Assembly: GCA_045659845.1 (NCBI GenBank)
Contig: JAZRCQ010000294.1
Coordinates: 1-36,433 of the forward strand
Direction of reading: 5' to 3'
DNA: 36,433 bases
Source of the DNA: Eubacteriales bacterium
Lineage (GTDB): Bacteria > Bacillota > Clostridia > Oscillospirales > CAG-272
Part shown: piece by piece, positions 12,638 through 21,073 of the stretch
How the letters are laid out: each line of letters begins with the position of its first letter
Position numbering within the stretch: the stretch's first letter is position 1
Notes under the pieces: generated by a model
Seen by the model: only the letters and a program-made list of their open reading frames with translations
The model's database searches: none
What the model was told of the DNA's origin: nothing
Translations under genes and position numbers: made by a program

Positions 12638-14065
12638 TCAAAAATTATTATTTTTTGATTTGTTAAGTTGATTTTTGATTATTTCATACGCCACTTTATC
12701 GTCTTTAAATTTGTAAAGTTTGAATTTTGACCAAGTTGTTTGAATAATTATCCTTTTATTGTATTCAACTGCAAGGATATTTTGATAATCACAATTAAAC
12801 GAAATATTGTATCCATCGTGCTTTAATCCATTCTCATATATTTCAATGCATTTAGAATCGCTATATCCGGATTTCTTATCCCTTGTATAACCTATCAGAG
12901 ATGAAATCAATACAAGTAATGATACACACAAAGAAGCTCCGAGACCCATGATTAAATACACAATCCATTTCATTTGTGGATTTAAAAGTTGGATTATTAC
13001 CCATATTCCATTATTAAACAATAATATTGAGATCAAAATTTGAATCATCAAACGCCACTGATGAATTGTGCTATATTTATGCTTATATATCAAGTCACCG
13101 TAATCATGCTCATACTCATCAAAATCATCATATATAGGATATTGATCGAAATGAAGACCATATTCTTTACATCTATTTTGAAATAGCAACACTTTGTCTG
13201 CTAATTTGTTTTGACGTTTTCTGTTATTTACATATTTACAAAAACTATAAACGATATCATTGCTGAAAATGAGACAACGTTGCATTATATCATCATTCTC
13301 TATATACCCTAACACATTTCTTTGCTTGAAATCTAAAATATCATTAATAGAATTATTAATTTCAATCCAACCGGAATTGGTTTTGATTGTAAGATTATTT
13401 TCAGAAACGCTATATTCAAATTTTTTGATATCGATTTTTCTCTCAAATATAGACTTAAACTCTACATGTCTTGCTATTAATATTTTTTCTTCTGCACCTG
13501 ACATAGGGGCAAAAGAAAATTCTATACAGCCATCAGCTATACGCATATCACAATGAGAAAATATTTGCCCAAACTCCAAAGAGCTTTTGACGATACCTTT
13601 ACATTTTAAAACTATGAAGGAGCCCCAAGATGTATCCAAAAGTATCTCAAGTGTATTATTCTCTTCGTTTATTCCTAAAACATATCCATCGTGGAATGAA
13701 CCCGAATTTAAATCCAATGCATCAAAATCGGATGTTTTCTCAATTTTTTTAAATTCGCAAAGGCTCTCCGCGCGCAACATCCCCTTTGCTTCATCGAGCA
13801 TTTTTGAGGTGTATTGCTTTCTCTTGATTGTTCTAAAAATATTCTTATCGTTCCAATATGATTTAAACTCGCTATTATTAATAGAAAAATCATCAGTATC
13901 AAAATCTATAAAAAGAACGGTATATCTGTTATCTCTACAAACATCAACAACAATCAACTCGGCAAAAGAGCTGTCAAAAACAACAGCTTTGCTCGGATAT
14001 TTCATAGATACGGCAAAAACAGGCGAATGGTATACACAGCCGTTAGACAGTATTTTTGCGAGCAT
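12638..14065 (-). CDS. Hypothetical protein, AT-rich orphan; soluble N-terminal region, TM hairpin, then a small C-terminal PH-like (bPH/DUF304-type) module
   Basis: 475-aa uninterrupted ORF in very AT-rich DNA, Asn/Lys/Ile/Phe-rich. AAGGAGAAAA RBS. It has its own TTGAAA-N17-TATAAT promoter. Two hydrophobic helices (WRLMIQILISILLFNNGIWVIIQLL, WIVYLIMGLGASLCVSLLVLISSLIGY) are followed by ~80 aa. I recognise no family for the first ~330 aa. Confidence 0.6.
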   Translation of the reverse strand: MLAKILSNGCVYHSPVFAVSMKYPSKAVVFDSSFAELIVVDVCRDNRYTVLFIDFDTDDFSINNSEFKSYWNDKNIFRTIKRKQYTSKMLDEAKGMLRAESLCEFKKIEKTSDFDALDLNSGSFHDGYVLGINEENNTLEILLDTSWGSFIVLKCKGIVKSSLEFGQIFSHCDMRIADGCIEFSFAPMSGAEEKILIARHVEFKSIFERKIDIKKFEYSVSENNLTIKTNSGWIEINNSINDILDFKQRNVLGYIENDDIMQRCLIFSNDIVYSFCKYVNNRKRQNKLADKVLLFQNRCKEYGLHFDQYPIYDDFDEYEHDYGDLIYKHKYSTIHQWRLMIQILISILLFNNGIWVIIQLLNPQMKWIVYLIMGLGASLCVSLLVLISSLIGYTRDKKSGYSDSKCIEIYENGLKHDGYNISFNCDYQNILAVEYNKRIIIQTTWSKFKLYKFKDDKVAYEIIKNQLNKSKNNNF

Positions 14066-14093
14066 ATAGATTTTCTCCTTTTGATTTTTATTT

Positions 14094-14122
14094 ATTATAT
14101 CACAAAATCACAATATTTTCAA
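14094..14122 (-). promoter_or_regulatory. Promoter TTGAAA-N17-(TGa)TATAAT of the AT-rich orphan gene
   Basis: Minus strand gtaTTGAAAatattgtgattttgtgaTATAATaaa. The -35 box is at complement 14117-14122 and the -10 box at complement 14094-14099. Confidence 0.5.
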
Positions 14123-14339
14123 TACTTTTCACCGTCTACGGTCTATATTTAACGAATATATCACAAATTTAACGAAAGCAAAAAGTGCCCAGCCACCGAA
14201 AGCACAAAAGCTCTCGGAAGATAGGCTCTTTTATCGCAAGATATGCTTTTTATGCCTCGAAAGTGCAAAAAAACCCCTAAAAAGCAATAAAAAACGCAGA
14301 TTAGGCACAAATAATTGTATCCTATCCTGCGTTCTTATT

Positions 14340-14424
14340 TGGTGCGGAAAACGGGACTTGAACCCGTACGGTGTGAACCACACGCCCCTCAAACGTGCGC
14401 GTCTGCCAGTTCCGCCACTTCCGC
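14340..14424 (-). tRNA. tRNA-Leu (anticodon GAG), class II with long variable arm, CCA encoded
   Basis: Reverse complement reads GCGGAAGTGGCGGAACTGGCAGACGCGCACGTTTGAGGGGCGTGTGGTTCACACCGTACGGGTTCAAGTCCCGTTTTCCGCACCA.
- Acceptor stem GCGGAAG/UUUCCGC;
- anticodon stem CACGU/GCGUG with loop UU-GAG-GG;
- T arm ACGGG-UUCAAGU-CCCGU;
- discriminator A. Confidence 0.92.
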
Positions 14425-14439
14425 ATACCAGACTCATAT

Positions 14440-14468
14440 ATTATAGCATATTCGAGCTGTTTTGTCAA
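14440..14468 (-). promoter_or_regulatory. Promoter TTGACA-N17-TATAAT of the tRNA-Leu gene
   Basis: Minus strand TTGACAaaacagctcgaatatgcTATAAT. The -35 box is at complement 14463-14468 and the -10 box at complement 14440-14445, 15 nt upstream of the tRNA 5' end. Confidence 0.6.
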
Positions 14469-14504
14469 TACTTTTTTTGAATTTTCTTTGTCTTTTTTCT
14501 TGCT

Positions 14505-14906
14505 TCAAACGTTCATGCGGAAGCGCTCGCCGCAGCAGGGACAGCACACCCGATGGTCGCCCTTGATCCGCGGCAGACGAAGTATATTCTTGCATTTTGG
14601 GCAGCTGTGATACACGTGCGTTTTGCGGTCTCTCCATTGGTTTTTCTTCAGGCGAATGCGCTTCCGCGCTCTTGCAAACAACTGCAAAAATGCCCGATTT
14701 TCCTTCTGTCGCTTCCAAACCTTCCTCGAGAGCATCCGAAAAACGGCATACCACAGAAGCCCCGCCGCCAAAAGCGAGAGAACAACACTATTAAAGAACA
14801 GATTCGCCACCGTGAGCGTGAGACTGCACCACATGATTGCCTGACAAAGCTGATCGGGGCCGTTCCTGCCCCACATCCATTTTGCCAGCTTTTCCCGAAA
14901 CCTCAT
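14505..14906 (-). CDS. Membrane protein with C-terminal zinc-ribbon (CxxC...CxxC)
   Basis: Start moved to MRFREKLAKWMW (cat 14904-14906), preceded by GGAGGAAGG. It has two TM helices, then CPKCKNILRLPRIKGDHRVCCPCCGERF. Confidence 0.65.
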   Translation of the reverse strand: MRFREKLAKWMWGRNGPDQLCQAIMWCSLTLTVANLFFNSVVLSLLAAGLLWYAVFRMLSRKVWKRQKENRAFLQLFARARKRIRLKKNQWRDRKTHVYHSCPKCKNILRLPRIKGDHRVCCPCCGERFRMNV

Positions 14907-14977
14907 TTCCTTCCTCCATCTGTAAGCAACGGACACCATGAGAAGCAATCTCAAAGTGTCCGTTCTGCTTGTGATTT

Positions 14978-16159
14978 TTATGCTGTGAAGCGAACCGTGA
15001 CGGTCAGCTCCTTGCCGTAGCGGTCGATCTGAAGCTTGGCCTGATCTCCCGGTCGGTAGTTATAGAGCAGCTCCTTCAGCTGCAAGCTCGTTTCCACGCG
15101 GTGACCGTCCATCGAAAGGATCACGTCCCCCGCTCTCAAAAGCCCCTGACTCACGCCATCGGGCTCCACCATCGTGACCAGAACGCCCTTTTCCCGAGCC
15201 TTGTAGCCATCCGAGATCTCCTCCCCTTCTGCTACGTCCACCACCTGCACGCCAATGGCAGGCCGTGCCTTGGAGACCGCAGAGGAGCGCTCATCCACCG
15301 TGCCATTGGTCAAATAGGCATTCACCAGCTCCATCGCGCCATTGATGGGAATGGCAAGTCCAAGCCCCTCATAGTCGGTCATTTTTCTTGCCACGATGCC
15401 GATCACCTCGCCCCGATCGTTGCAAAGGGGGCCTCCCGAATTTCCGGGGTTGACCTGCGCGTCGGTTTGGATCATGGTCAGATCCACGATCATTCTGCCG
15501 CTATTAACCGTGACCGTACGATTAACGGCCGAGATCACGCCCTGCGTGAGCGTCCAAGGGCAAAGATTGCCGCCCGGATTGCCAATGGCGATCGCCGTTG
15601 CTCCAACCTGCAGGCTATCGGAGTTTCCAAGGACGAGCGTGGGATAATCCTGTCCCTCGATCTTGATCAATGCCAGATCATCGTAGGTGCTGTACCATTT
15701 CACGGTCGCCTTTTTCGACAAGCCGTCGTAGGTTTGCACCTCCACGTTGCTCTTGCCGCTGACGATATGATAGTTTGTGAGGATATAGCCGTCCGAGCGA
15801 ATAAAAAAGCCCGTTCCGTAGCCTCCGCCGTCGGCATTGGAGGCATAGATCAGCACCGTGCCCGGATTCACAAGCTCCGAGATCTCGGTGGCTGAGAGAG
15901 ACGTGTCGGCCGGTGCCAAAGCACTGATCAGCACCGTTCCGCCCAAAATGGCAAGGCAAACCGCGAAGGCGATCGCCATCACCAGCGCATAGACGCCTGC
16001 TCCTTTTTTTCGCTCTCGCTTCTGCATCTCCCGATCATGGGCGGCCTGCGCCTCGTAGGTCCATCGATAGGTGTAGCGCGGCGGCTCATCGGCCTTTATT
16101 TCCTCCTTGGCGGCGAGCTTCTTTTCCTCTTGTTCCCGCTCCTGCTTCGGTTCATCCAT
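14978..16159 (-). CDS. htrA: S1C-family serine protease (HtrA/DegP-like): N-terminal TM anchor, trypsin-like domain, PDZ domain
   Basis: 393 aa. GTGFFIRSDGYILTNYHIV (His), DLALIKI (Asp) and NPGNSGGPL (Ser) form the catalytic triad context. The C-terminal PDZ reads GVLVTMVEPDGVSQGLLRAGDVILSMDGHRV. Confidence 0.85.
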   Translation of the reverse strand: MDEPKQEREQEEKKLAAKEEIKADEPPRYTYRWTYEAQAAHDREMQKRERKKGAGVYALVMAIAFAVCLAILGGTVLISALAPADTSLSATEISELVNPGTVLIYASNADGGGYGTGFFIRSDGYILTNYHIVSGKSNVEVQTYDGLSKKATVKWYSTYDDLALIKIEGQDYPTLVLGNSDSLQVGATAIAIGNPGGNLCPWTLTQGVISAVNRTVTVNSGRMIVDLTMIQTDAQVNPGNSGGPLCNDRGEVIGIVARKMTDYEGLGLAIPINGAMELVNAYLTNGTVDERSSAVSKARPAIGVQVVDVAEGEEISDGYKAREKGVLVTMVEPDGVSQGLLRAGDVILSMDGHRVETSLQLKELLYNYRPGDQAKLQIDRYGKELTVTVRFTA

Positions 16160-17687
16160 GCTTTTCTTCTCCTTTCAGATGATGCCCTGCCCTGCTTCCC
16201 GACGCCGGGGATTCCTCCCCCGCACGGTGCATCGGCACGGTAAAGAAAAATTCGCAATTTTTTCCGCTCTCGCTTTCCACGCGAATCTCTTCACCAAGGG
16301 CCTCCATCACTGTCTTGGATATGAATAATCCCAGCCCGATGCCGTTTTTATCCAATCCTCTGCTCTTGTCGCTTTTATAAAACTGCTCAAACACGTGCGG
16401 AAGATCTTCACGCGGGATTCCTTCTCCCTCGTTGTAGACCGCGACCTCCACCTTATTGTGGGCCTGTTCCGCGATCCTGATTCTCAAAAGACCGCCCGTT
16501 TTTGAAAATTTAATGGCATTGTGACAAATATTATACATCACTTGATAGATGGCATCGTGATCCGCCCAAACCGTCATGCGGTCGCGTTCGGCGTCCAACG
16601 CCACCTCCAAATCCTTCTCCTCGATCTGCTTTTCAAAGGAAATGAGGATCACCCTTGCCATTTCGCAAACGTCGAAGACCATCGGCGTGAATTTCCGATC
16701 TCCCGCCTGCAGGCGAGAAAGATCCAGCAGCGAGGAAACCAGGCGGGAAAGCCTTTTCACCTCCGCCGAGATCCTGCCCAGATAGTGATCTCTATCGGAC
16801 GGTGCCACCACGCCGTCGCGGATCCCGTCGATAAATCCGGCGATGGTGGTCATGGGCGTGCGGAGATCGTGCGAAACGTTCGCAATGAAGGAGGATCGCA
16901 TTTTTTCCAGATTCTCCAGCGATTCCGCCATATGATTAAAGGCCACGGAAAGCTCGGCAACCTCGTCGCACCCCTGCACCCGCACGCGGCTTTTGAAATC
17001 GCCCTTGGCCATTTTTCTGGCCACGGAGCTCATCTCCCGCAGCGGCGAGGTGATCCTCTCGCTGATCAGATACACAGCGATCATGGCCGCCAGAAGCACC
17101 AAAAGCACGGCGGAAACCACTGTTTTGCTCAGATCCGACATTGCCTTCTCATTCGGTGCCATTGCAGTTGCCACCGAAAGATAGCCCTCCAATGCTCCCG
17201 TTTCCGAATAGATCCCGACCGTGTGCAAAAGCACCTCTCCATCAAAAAAGCCCGGCAAACGGGTTGATTCCATCACAGACGTGCCGCTGCCCGAAATTGC
17301 CTCGCGGCGAATCGGCATCGCCGTAGCGCCGTCTGCAAAGGCCTCGCTCTCACTATATCGCGCAAGCAGAAGCCCATTTGCATCCGAAACCATCAGCTGC
17401 ATCTCCCGATGGGAAACCAGCAACGGAAAAAACAGACCTTCCACATTGGAGTCGGCTACAATCAGGACATGCTCTATGGTCGTGCCCTCGCTCTCGCCGC
17501 CCAGCTCCTGCAGCCGCTCCTCCAGATACGAAGCAGCCACGGCGGAGATCTCGCTCATATCCTCGGCGACGCGTTCGATCAGAACGTTTCTCGTGATGGA
17601 GGTTAGCACCACGAACAGGATCGCAAAGCCCACTGCCAGCACCGCCATCACCACGGTGACGTATTTGGCAAAAACTCTTTTGAACAT
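16152..17687 (-). CDS. Sensor histidine kinase (two TM, HAMP, HisKA, HATPase_c)
   Basis: 511 aa. HAMP region PLREMSSVARKMAKGDF, H-box FIANVSHDLRTPMTTI, N-box NAIKFS and G-box GIGLGL. The stop overlaps the htrA start by 8 nt. Confidence 0.88.
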   Translation of the reverse strand: MFKRVFAKYVTVVMAVLAVGFAILFVVLTSITRNVLIERVAEDMSEISAVAASYLEERLQELGGESEGTTIEHVLIVADSNVEGLFFPLLVSHREMQLMVSDANGLLLARYSESEAFADGATAMPIRREAISGSGTSVMESTRLPGFFDGEVLLHTVGIYSETGALEGYLSVATAMAPNEKAMSDLSKTVVSAVLLVLLAAMIAVYLISERITSPLREMSSVARKMAKGDFKSRVRVQGCDEVAELSVAFNHMAESLENLEKMRSSFIANVSHDLRTPMTTIAGFIDGIRDGVVAPSDRDHYLGRISAEVKRLSRLVSSLLDLSRLQAGDRKFTPMVFDVCEMARVILISFEKQIEEKDLEVALDAERDRMTVWADHDAIYQVMYNICHNAIKFSKTGGLLRIRIAEQAHNKVEVAVYNEGEGIPREDLPHVFEQFYKSDKSRGLDKNGIGLGLFISKTVMEALGEEIRVESESGKNCEFFFTVPMHRAGEESPASGSRAGHHLKGEEKHG

Positions 17688-17708
17688 GGCAATTCGCCGC
17701 TACGCGGA

Positions 17709-18401
17709 TCAGCTCAGAAGCTCAAATTTATAGCCAACGCCCCAAACCGTTTTCAGGATCCACTTATCGGAGGCGCCCTCCAGCTTTTCGCGCAGGCGCT
17801 TCACGTGCACGTCCACCGTGCGGGAGTCGCCGAGATAGTCGAAGCCCCAAACCTTGTCCAGCAGCTGATCGCGGGTAAACACGCGATTGTAGTTGGAGGC
17901 GAGGAAATACAGCAGCTCCAGCTCCTTGGGGGGAATGTCCACCGAGCGACCGCAAAGCTTCAGCTCATATTTCTGCAGGCTGATCTCGATGTTTTCAAAT
18001 TTGATCACCTCGTCGTCGCTCTGACGGGCGTGGTGACGGTAGCGGCGCAGAACGGCCTTCACTCTTGCGGAAAGCTCCTTCATATCGAAGGGCTTCACCA
18101 CGAAATCGTCGGCTCCAAGCTCCAGTCCGAGAACCTTATCGAACACCTCGCCCTTGGCCGTGACCATGATCACGGGCTTCGAGGAGATCTCACGGATCTC
18201 GCGGCAAACCTGCCAACCGTCCTTCTTGGGCAGCATGATGTCCAAAAGCACCAGATCGGGCTCGAACATCTTGAAATAGGAGATGCCCTCTGCTCCGTCG
18301 GAGGCCAGCTTCACATCATAGCCCTCGTTCTCAAAATACATCTTCAAAAGATCGCTGATATTCGCATCGTCGTCAACGATCAGAATTTTCGTGTCTGTCA
18401 T
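17709..18401 (-). CDS. OmpR/PhoB-family response regulator
   Basis: 230 aa. Receiver domain ILIVDDD...DLVLLDIMLPKKDG...VIMVTAKG and a winged-helix C-terminus LTPKELELL...RDQLL...VDVHVKRLREKL. Confidence 0.9.
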   Translation of the reverse strand: MTDTKILIVDDDANISDLLKMYFENEGYDVKLASDGAEGISYFKMFEPDLVLLDIMLPKKDGWQVCREIREISSKPVIMVTAKGEVFDKVLGLELGADDFVVKPFDMKELSARVKAVLRRYRHHARQSDDEVIKFENIEISLQKYELKLCGRSVDIPPKELELLYFLASNYNRVFTRDQLLDKVWGFDYLGDSRTVDVHVKRLREKLEGASDKWILKTVWGVGYKFELLS

Positions 18402-18545
18402 ATTATCTTCCTCCCGATCAAGCCTTGATCCTTCGTCTCACATTATACTCCCCCAATGAGGGTTTTTTGTGAAGAATATCTGAATTTTTTTGTGATTTTC
18501 GCGCTCTGCCGCAACGCTCGGCGGAAAACCCCTATTATCTTTTCT

Positions 18546-18574
18546 ATTATATCACATCAAGACCAAAATTGCAA
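18546..18574 (-). promoter_or_regulatory. Candidate promoter TTGCAA-N17-(TGa)TATAAT for the RR-HK-htrA operon
   Basis: Minus strand TTGCAAttttggtcttgatgtgaTATAAT. The -35 box is at complement 18569-18574 and the -10 box at complement 18546-18551. This leaves a ~140-nt 5' UTR. Confidence 0.4.
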
Positions 18575-18728
18575 ACCTTTTTTAATAATTTTTGAATTTT
18601 TTTGAAAAAACAAAGCATTCTAAAATTTTTCCCGGCAAAGGCCGTCCGTTTGGAGCGGGAAGGGTCTCCCAACGGTGAAGGTTCTGTCGCTTTCCGATGC
18701 AAAAAAGCGCATTTTCCCCAAAAAGCAC

Positions 18729-18757
18729 TTGCAATTGCGCCGCAGTTGTGCTATAAT
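18729..18757 (+). promoter_or_regulatory. Promoter TTGCAA-N17-TATAAT of ychF
   Basis: ttgcaa at 18729-18734, 17-nt spacer, tataat at 18752-18757, ~45 nt upstream of the ychF ATG. Confidence 0.55.
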
Positions 18758-18802
18758 AGTATGGTTAACGAGTAAAACCTTGAAATAAGGAGATCTGATT
18801 CA

Positions 18803-19897
18803 ATGAAACTTGGTATCGTGGGATTGCCCAACGTGGGCAAGAGTACCCTCTTCAATGCGCTCACCAATGCGGGCGCAGAATCCGCCAACTATCCCTTCTG
18901 CACCATCGAGCCCAACGTTGGCGTGGTGACCGTTCCCGACAGTCGCTTGGATTTTCTGGCAGAGATGCACCACCCCAATAAGTACACCCCCGCCGTGATC
19001 GAATTTGTGGACATCGCAGGTCTGGTGAAGGGCGCCTCCAAGGGCGAGGGTCTGGGCAACCAGTTCCTCGGCAACATCCGCGAGGTGGACGCCATTCTGC
19101 ACGTGATCCGTTGCTTCGAAAACGATAATATCATCCACGTGGACGGCAAGATCAACCCCATGCGCGATCTGGAGACCATCAACCTTGAGCTGATCTTCTC
19201 CGATATGGAAATGCTGGAGCGCCGCATGGATCGCACTCGCAAGGCTATGCGCGGCGACAAGACGCTGGCGGGCGAAATGGCCGTTCTGGAAAAGCTCTAT
19301 GCCGTTCTGGAGTCGGGCAAGTGCGCGCGCACGCTGGAGCTGACCGAGGACGAGCGCGCTTGTCTCTACGACACGCCCCTGCTCACCATGAAGCCCGTGA
19401 TCTACGTGGCAAACGTGAGCGAGGACTACGCCGCCGAGGAGCCCACCGACAACGAGGCCTACACCGCTCTGAAGGCCTTTGCCGCCGAGGAGCATTCGCA
19501 GGTGATCCCCATCTGCTGCCAGATCGAGGCAGAGATCGCCGAGCTGAGCGGCGAGGAGAAGGCTATGTTCCTCTCCGATCTCGGCATTGAGGAAAGCGGC
19601 CTCGACCGCCTGATCAAGGCAAGCTATTCCCTGCTCGGTCTGATCAGCTTCCTCACCGCAGGCCCCGATGAATGCCGTGCATGGACCATTCGCCGCGGCA
19701 CCAAGGCGCCCAAGGCAGCCGGCAAGATCCATTCCGATATCGAGCGCGGCTTCATCCGCGCAGAGGTTTGCGCCTTCGACGATCTGAAAAAATACGGCTC
19801 CATGAACGCCGCCAAGGAGGCAGGCGTGCTCCGTCAGGAGGGCAAGGAGTACGTGATGCAGGACGGCGACATCGTGTTCTTCCGCTTCAACGTTTGA
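18803..19897 (+). CDS. ychF: Redox-regulated ribosome-binding ATPase YchF (Obg-like GTPase family)
   Basis: 364 aa. [41 protein letters not shown], the C-terminal TGS/YchF domain ...[31 protein letters not shown] and [18 protein letters not shown]. Confidence 0.95.
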   Translation: MKLGIVGLPNVGKSTLFNALTNAGAESANYPFCTIEPNVGVVTVPDSRLDFLAEMHHPNKYTPAVIEFVDIAGLVKGASKGEGLGNQFLGNIREVDAILHVIRCFENDNIIHVDGKINPMRDLETINLELIFSDMEMLERRMDRTRKAMRGDKTLAGEMAVLEKLYAVLESGKCARTLELTEDERACLYDTPLLTMKPVIYVANVSEDYAAEEPTDNEAYTALKAFAAEEHSQVIPICCQIEAEIAELSGEEKAMFLSDLGIEESGLDRLIKASYSLLGLISFLTAGPDECRAWTIRRGTKAPKAAGKIHSDIERGFIRAEVCAFDDLKKYGSMNAAKEAGVLRQEGKEYVMQDGDIVFFRFNV

Positions 19898-19906
19898 TTT
19901 TTATTC

Positions 19907-19940
19907 GGCACACTCCGATTCCGATCGGGGTGTGCCTTTT
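19907..19940 (+). terminator. Rho-independent terminator after ychF
   Basis: ggcacac...gtgtgcc stem (19907-19913 / 19930-19936) followed by tttt. Confidence 0.65.
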
Positions 19941-19961
19941 GCATTGATCGGCAGTTTTCTA

Positions 19962-19990
19962 TTGACATTTATTAGGTTCTATGGTATCAT
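19962..19990 (+). promoter_or_regulatory. Promoter TTGACA-N17-TATCAT upstream of the YcxB-like gene
   Basis: ttgaca at 19962-19967, 17-nt spacer, tatcat at 19985-19990. Confidence 0.5.
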
Positions 19991-20022
19991 GTAAATAGTA
20001 AGAAAATAAGGAGGAGATACTG

Positions 20023-20562
20023 ATGATCTCTGCTCAATTGACCTATTCCGTTCACGCACTTCGCACCCTGCAGGGCGTGGTGATGTTTCGGAAAAAGCGC
20101 CCCGTTCCCAGTATCATTTTCAGCTGTGCGGTGGCTCTGTTTCTCTTCGCAGTATCCTTTTTCGGAAATCTTCCCATCGTTTTCCCCGCACTGGAATTGC
20201 CACTGAAGATCTTTTCCGTGATCTTTCTGTTTCTCTGCGCTTACGTAACGGTAAATTACGCGGTATTCCCCATGCTTTCCTATAAAAGCATGGCCAAAAA
20301 GGGCTTCCCCACCGTTGTTTTGACCTTTGGCAAAAGCTCTTTTCTCATGGAGGCACAGGGCGCCGGAATCGATGCCCGCTCCGAGATCGCCTATGCACAT
20401 CTGAATCAGGTGGTGGACACGCGCGACGTGATCCTGCTTTTCGTCCAAAAAAATATGGCCTACGCCATTGAAAAGAAGCTGATCTCCGGCGGCACCGCCG
20501 AGGAGCTTTCCGAGCTGCTTCACACCTGCCCCGATCTCCCCTACTCCACTCGCAATTTTTAA
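20023..20562 (+). CDS. YcxB-like membrane protein (two TM helices + PH-like domain)
   Basis: 179 aa with an AGGAGGAG RBS. Two TM helices follow a short N-terminal segment. The C-terminal ...IAYAHLNQVVDTRDVILLFVQKNMAYAIEKKLI pattern is typical of the YcxB family. Confidence 0.6.
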   Translation: MISAQLTYSVHALRTLQGVVMFRKKRPVPSIIFSCAVALFLFAVSFFGNLPIVFPALELPLKIFSVIFLFLCAYVTVNYAVFPMLSYKSMAKKGFPTVVLTFGKSSFLMEAQGAGIDARSEIAYAHLNQVVDTRDVILLFVQKNMAYAIEKKLISGGTAEELSELLHTCPDLPYSTRNF

Positions 20563-20582
20563 CCTCAAGAAAGGAATTTGAT

Positions 20583-21056
20583 ATGTCTGAAGTAACACAC
20601 ATCGACGTGGTGATGCCCGAGCAGAAAAGCATTGCTCTCATCGCCCACGACAACAAAAAGCATGAGCTGATCGAATGGTGCAAGAAGAACAAGACCATTC
20701 TGGAGCATCATTTTCTTTGCGGTACCGGTACCACCGCTAAAATGGTGGCCGACCAAACGGGGCTCCCCGTTCGCGGCTACAACAGCGGACCTCTCGGCGG
20801 CGACCAGCAGATCGGCGCCCGCATCGTGGAGGGCAAGGTGGATCTTGTGATCTTCTTCTCCGATCCCCTCTCCGCCCAGCCTCACGATCCCGACGTGAAG
20901 GCTCTGCTCCGCATCGCGCAGGTCTACGATATTCCCATCGCAAATAATCGCGCCACGGCCGATTTTATCATCACCAGCCCCTATATGGACAGTACCTATG
21001 AGCATCCCCTGCCCGATTTCCGCAGCGCCGTGAACGAGCGGGCTAAAAATCTCTGA
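20583..21056 (+). CDS. mgsA: Methylglyoxal synthase
   Basis: IALIAHDNKKHELIEWC...LCGTGTTAKMV...SGPLGGDQQIGARIVEGKVDLVIFFSDPL...PHDPDVKALLRIAQVYDIPIANNRATADFI matches MgsA throughout. The true start could instead be the internal MPEQK Met. Confidence 0.92.
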   Translation: MSEVTHIDVVMPEQKSIALIAHDNKKHELIEWCKKNKTILEHHFLCGTGTTAKMVADQTGLPVRGYNSGPLGGDQQIGARIVEGKVDLVIFFSDPLSAQPHDPDVKALLRIAQVYDIPIANNRATADFIITSPYMDSTYEHPLPDFRSAVNERAKNL

Positions 21057-21073
21057 CGCGAAGGGAGCAAGCC

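Noticed and set aside
14231-14437. 68-aa ORF overlapping the tRNA
   Set aside because: It is the translation of the tRNA-Leu gene and its flanks. The tRNA cloverleaf is unambiguous.
18402-18802. 400-nt AT-rich intergenic region between the response regulator and ychF, examined for an sRNA or riboswitch
   Set aside because: It contains two divergent promoter-like elements and a few weak hairpins, but I could recognise no conserved riboswitch core or terminator-flanked sRNA unit.
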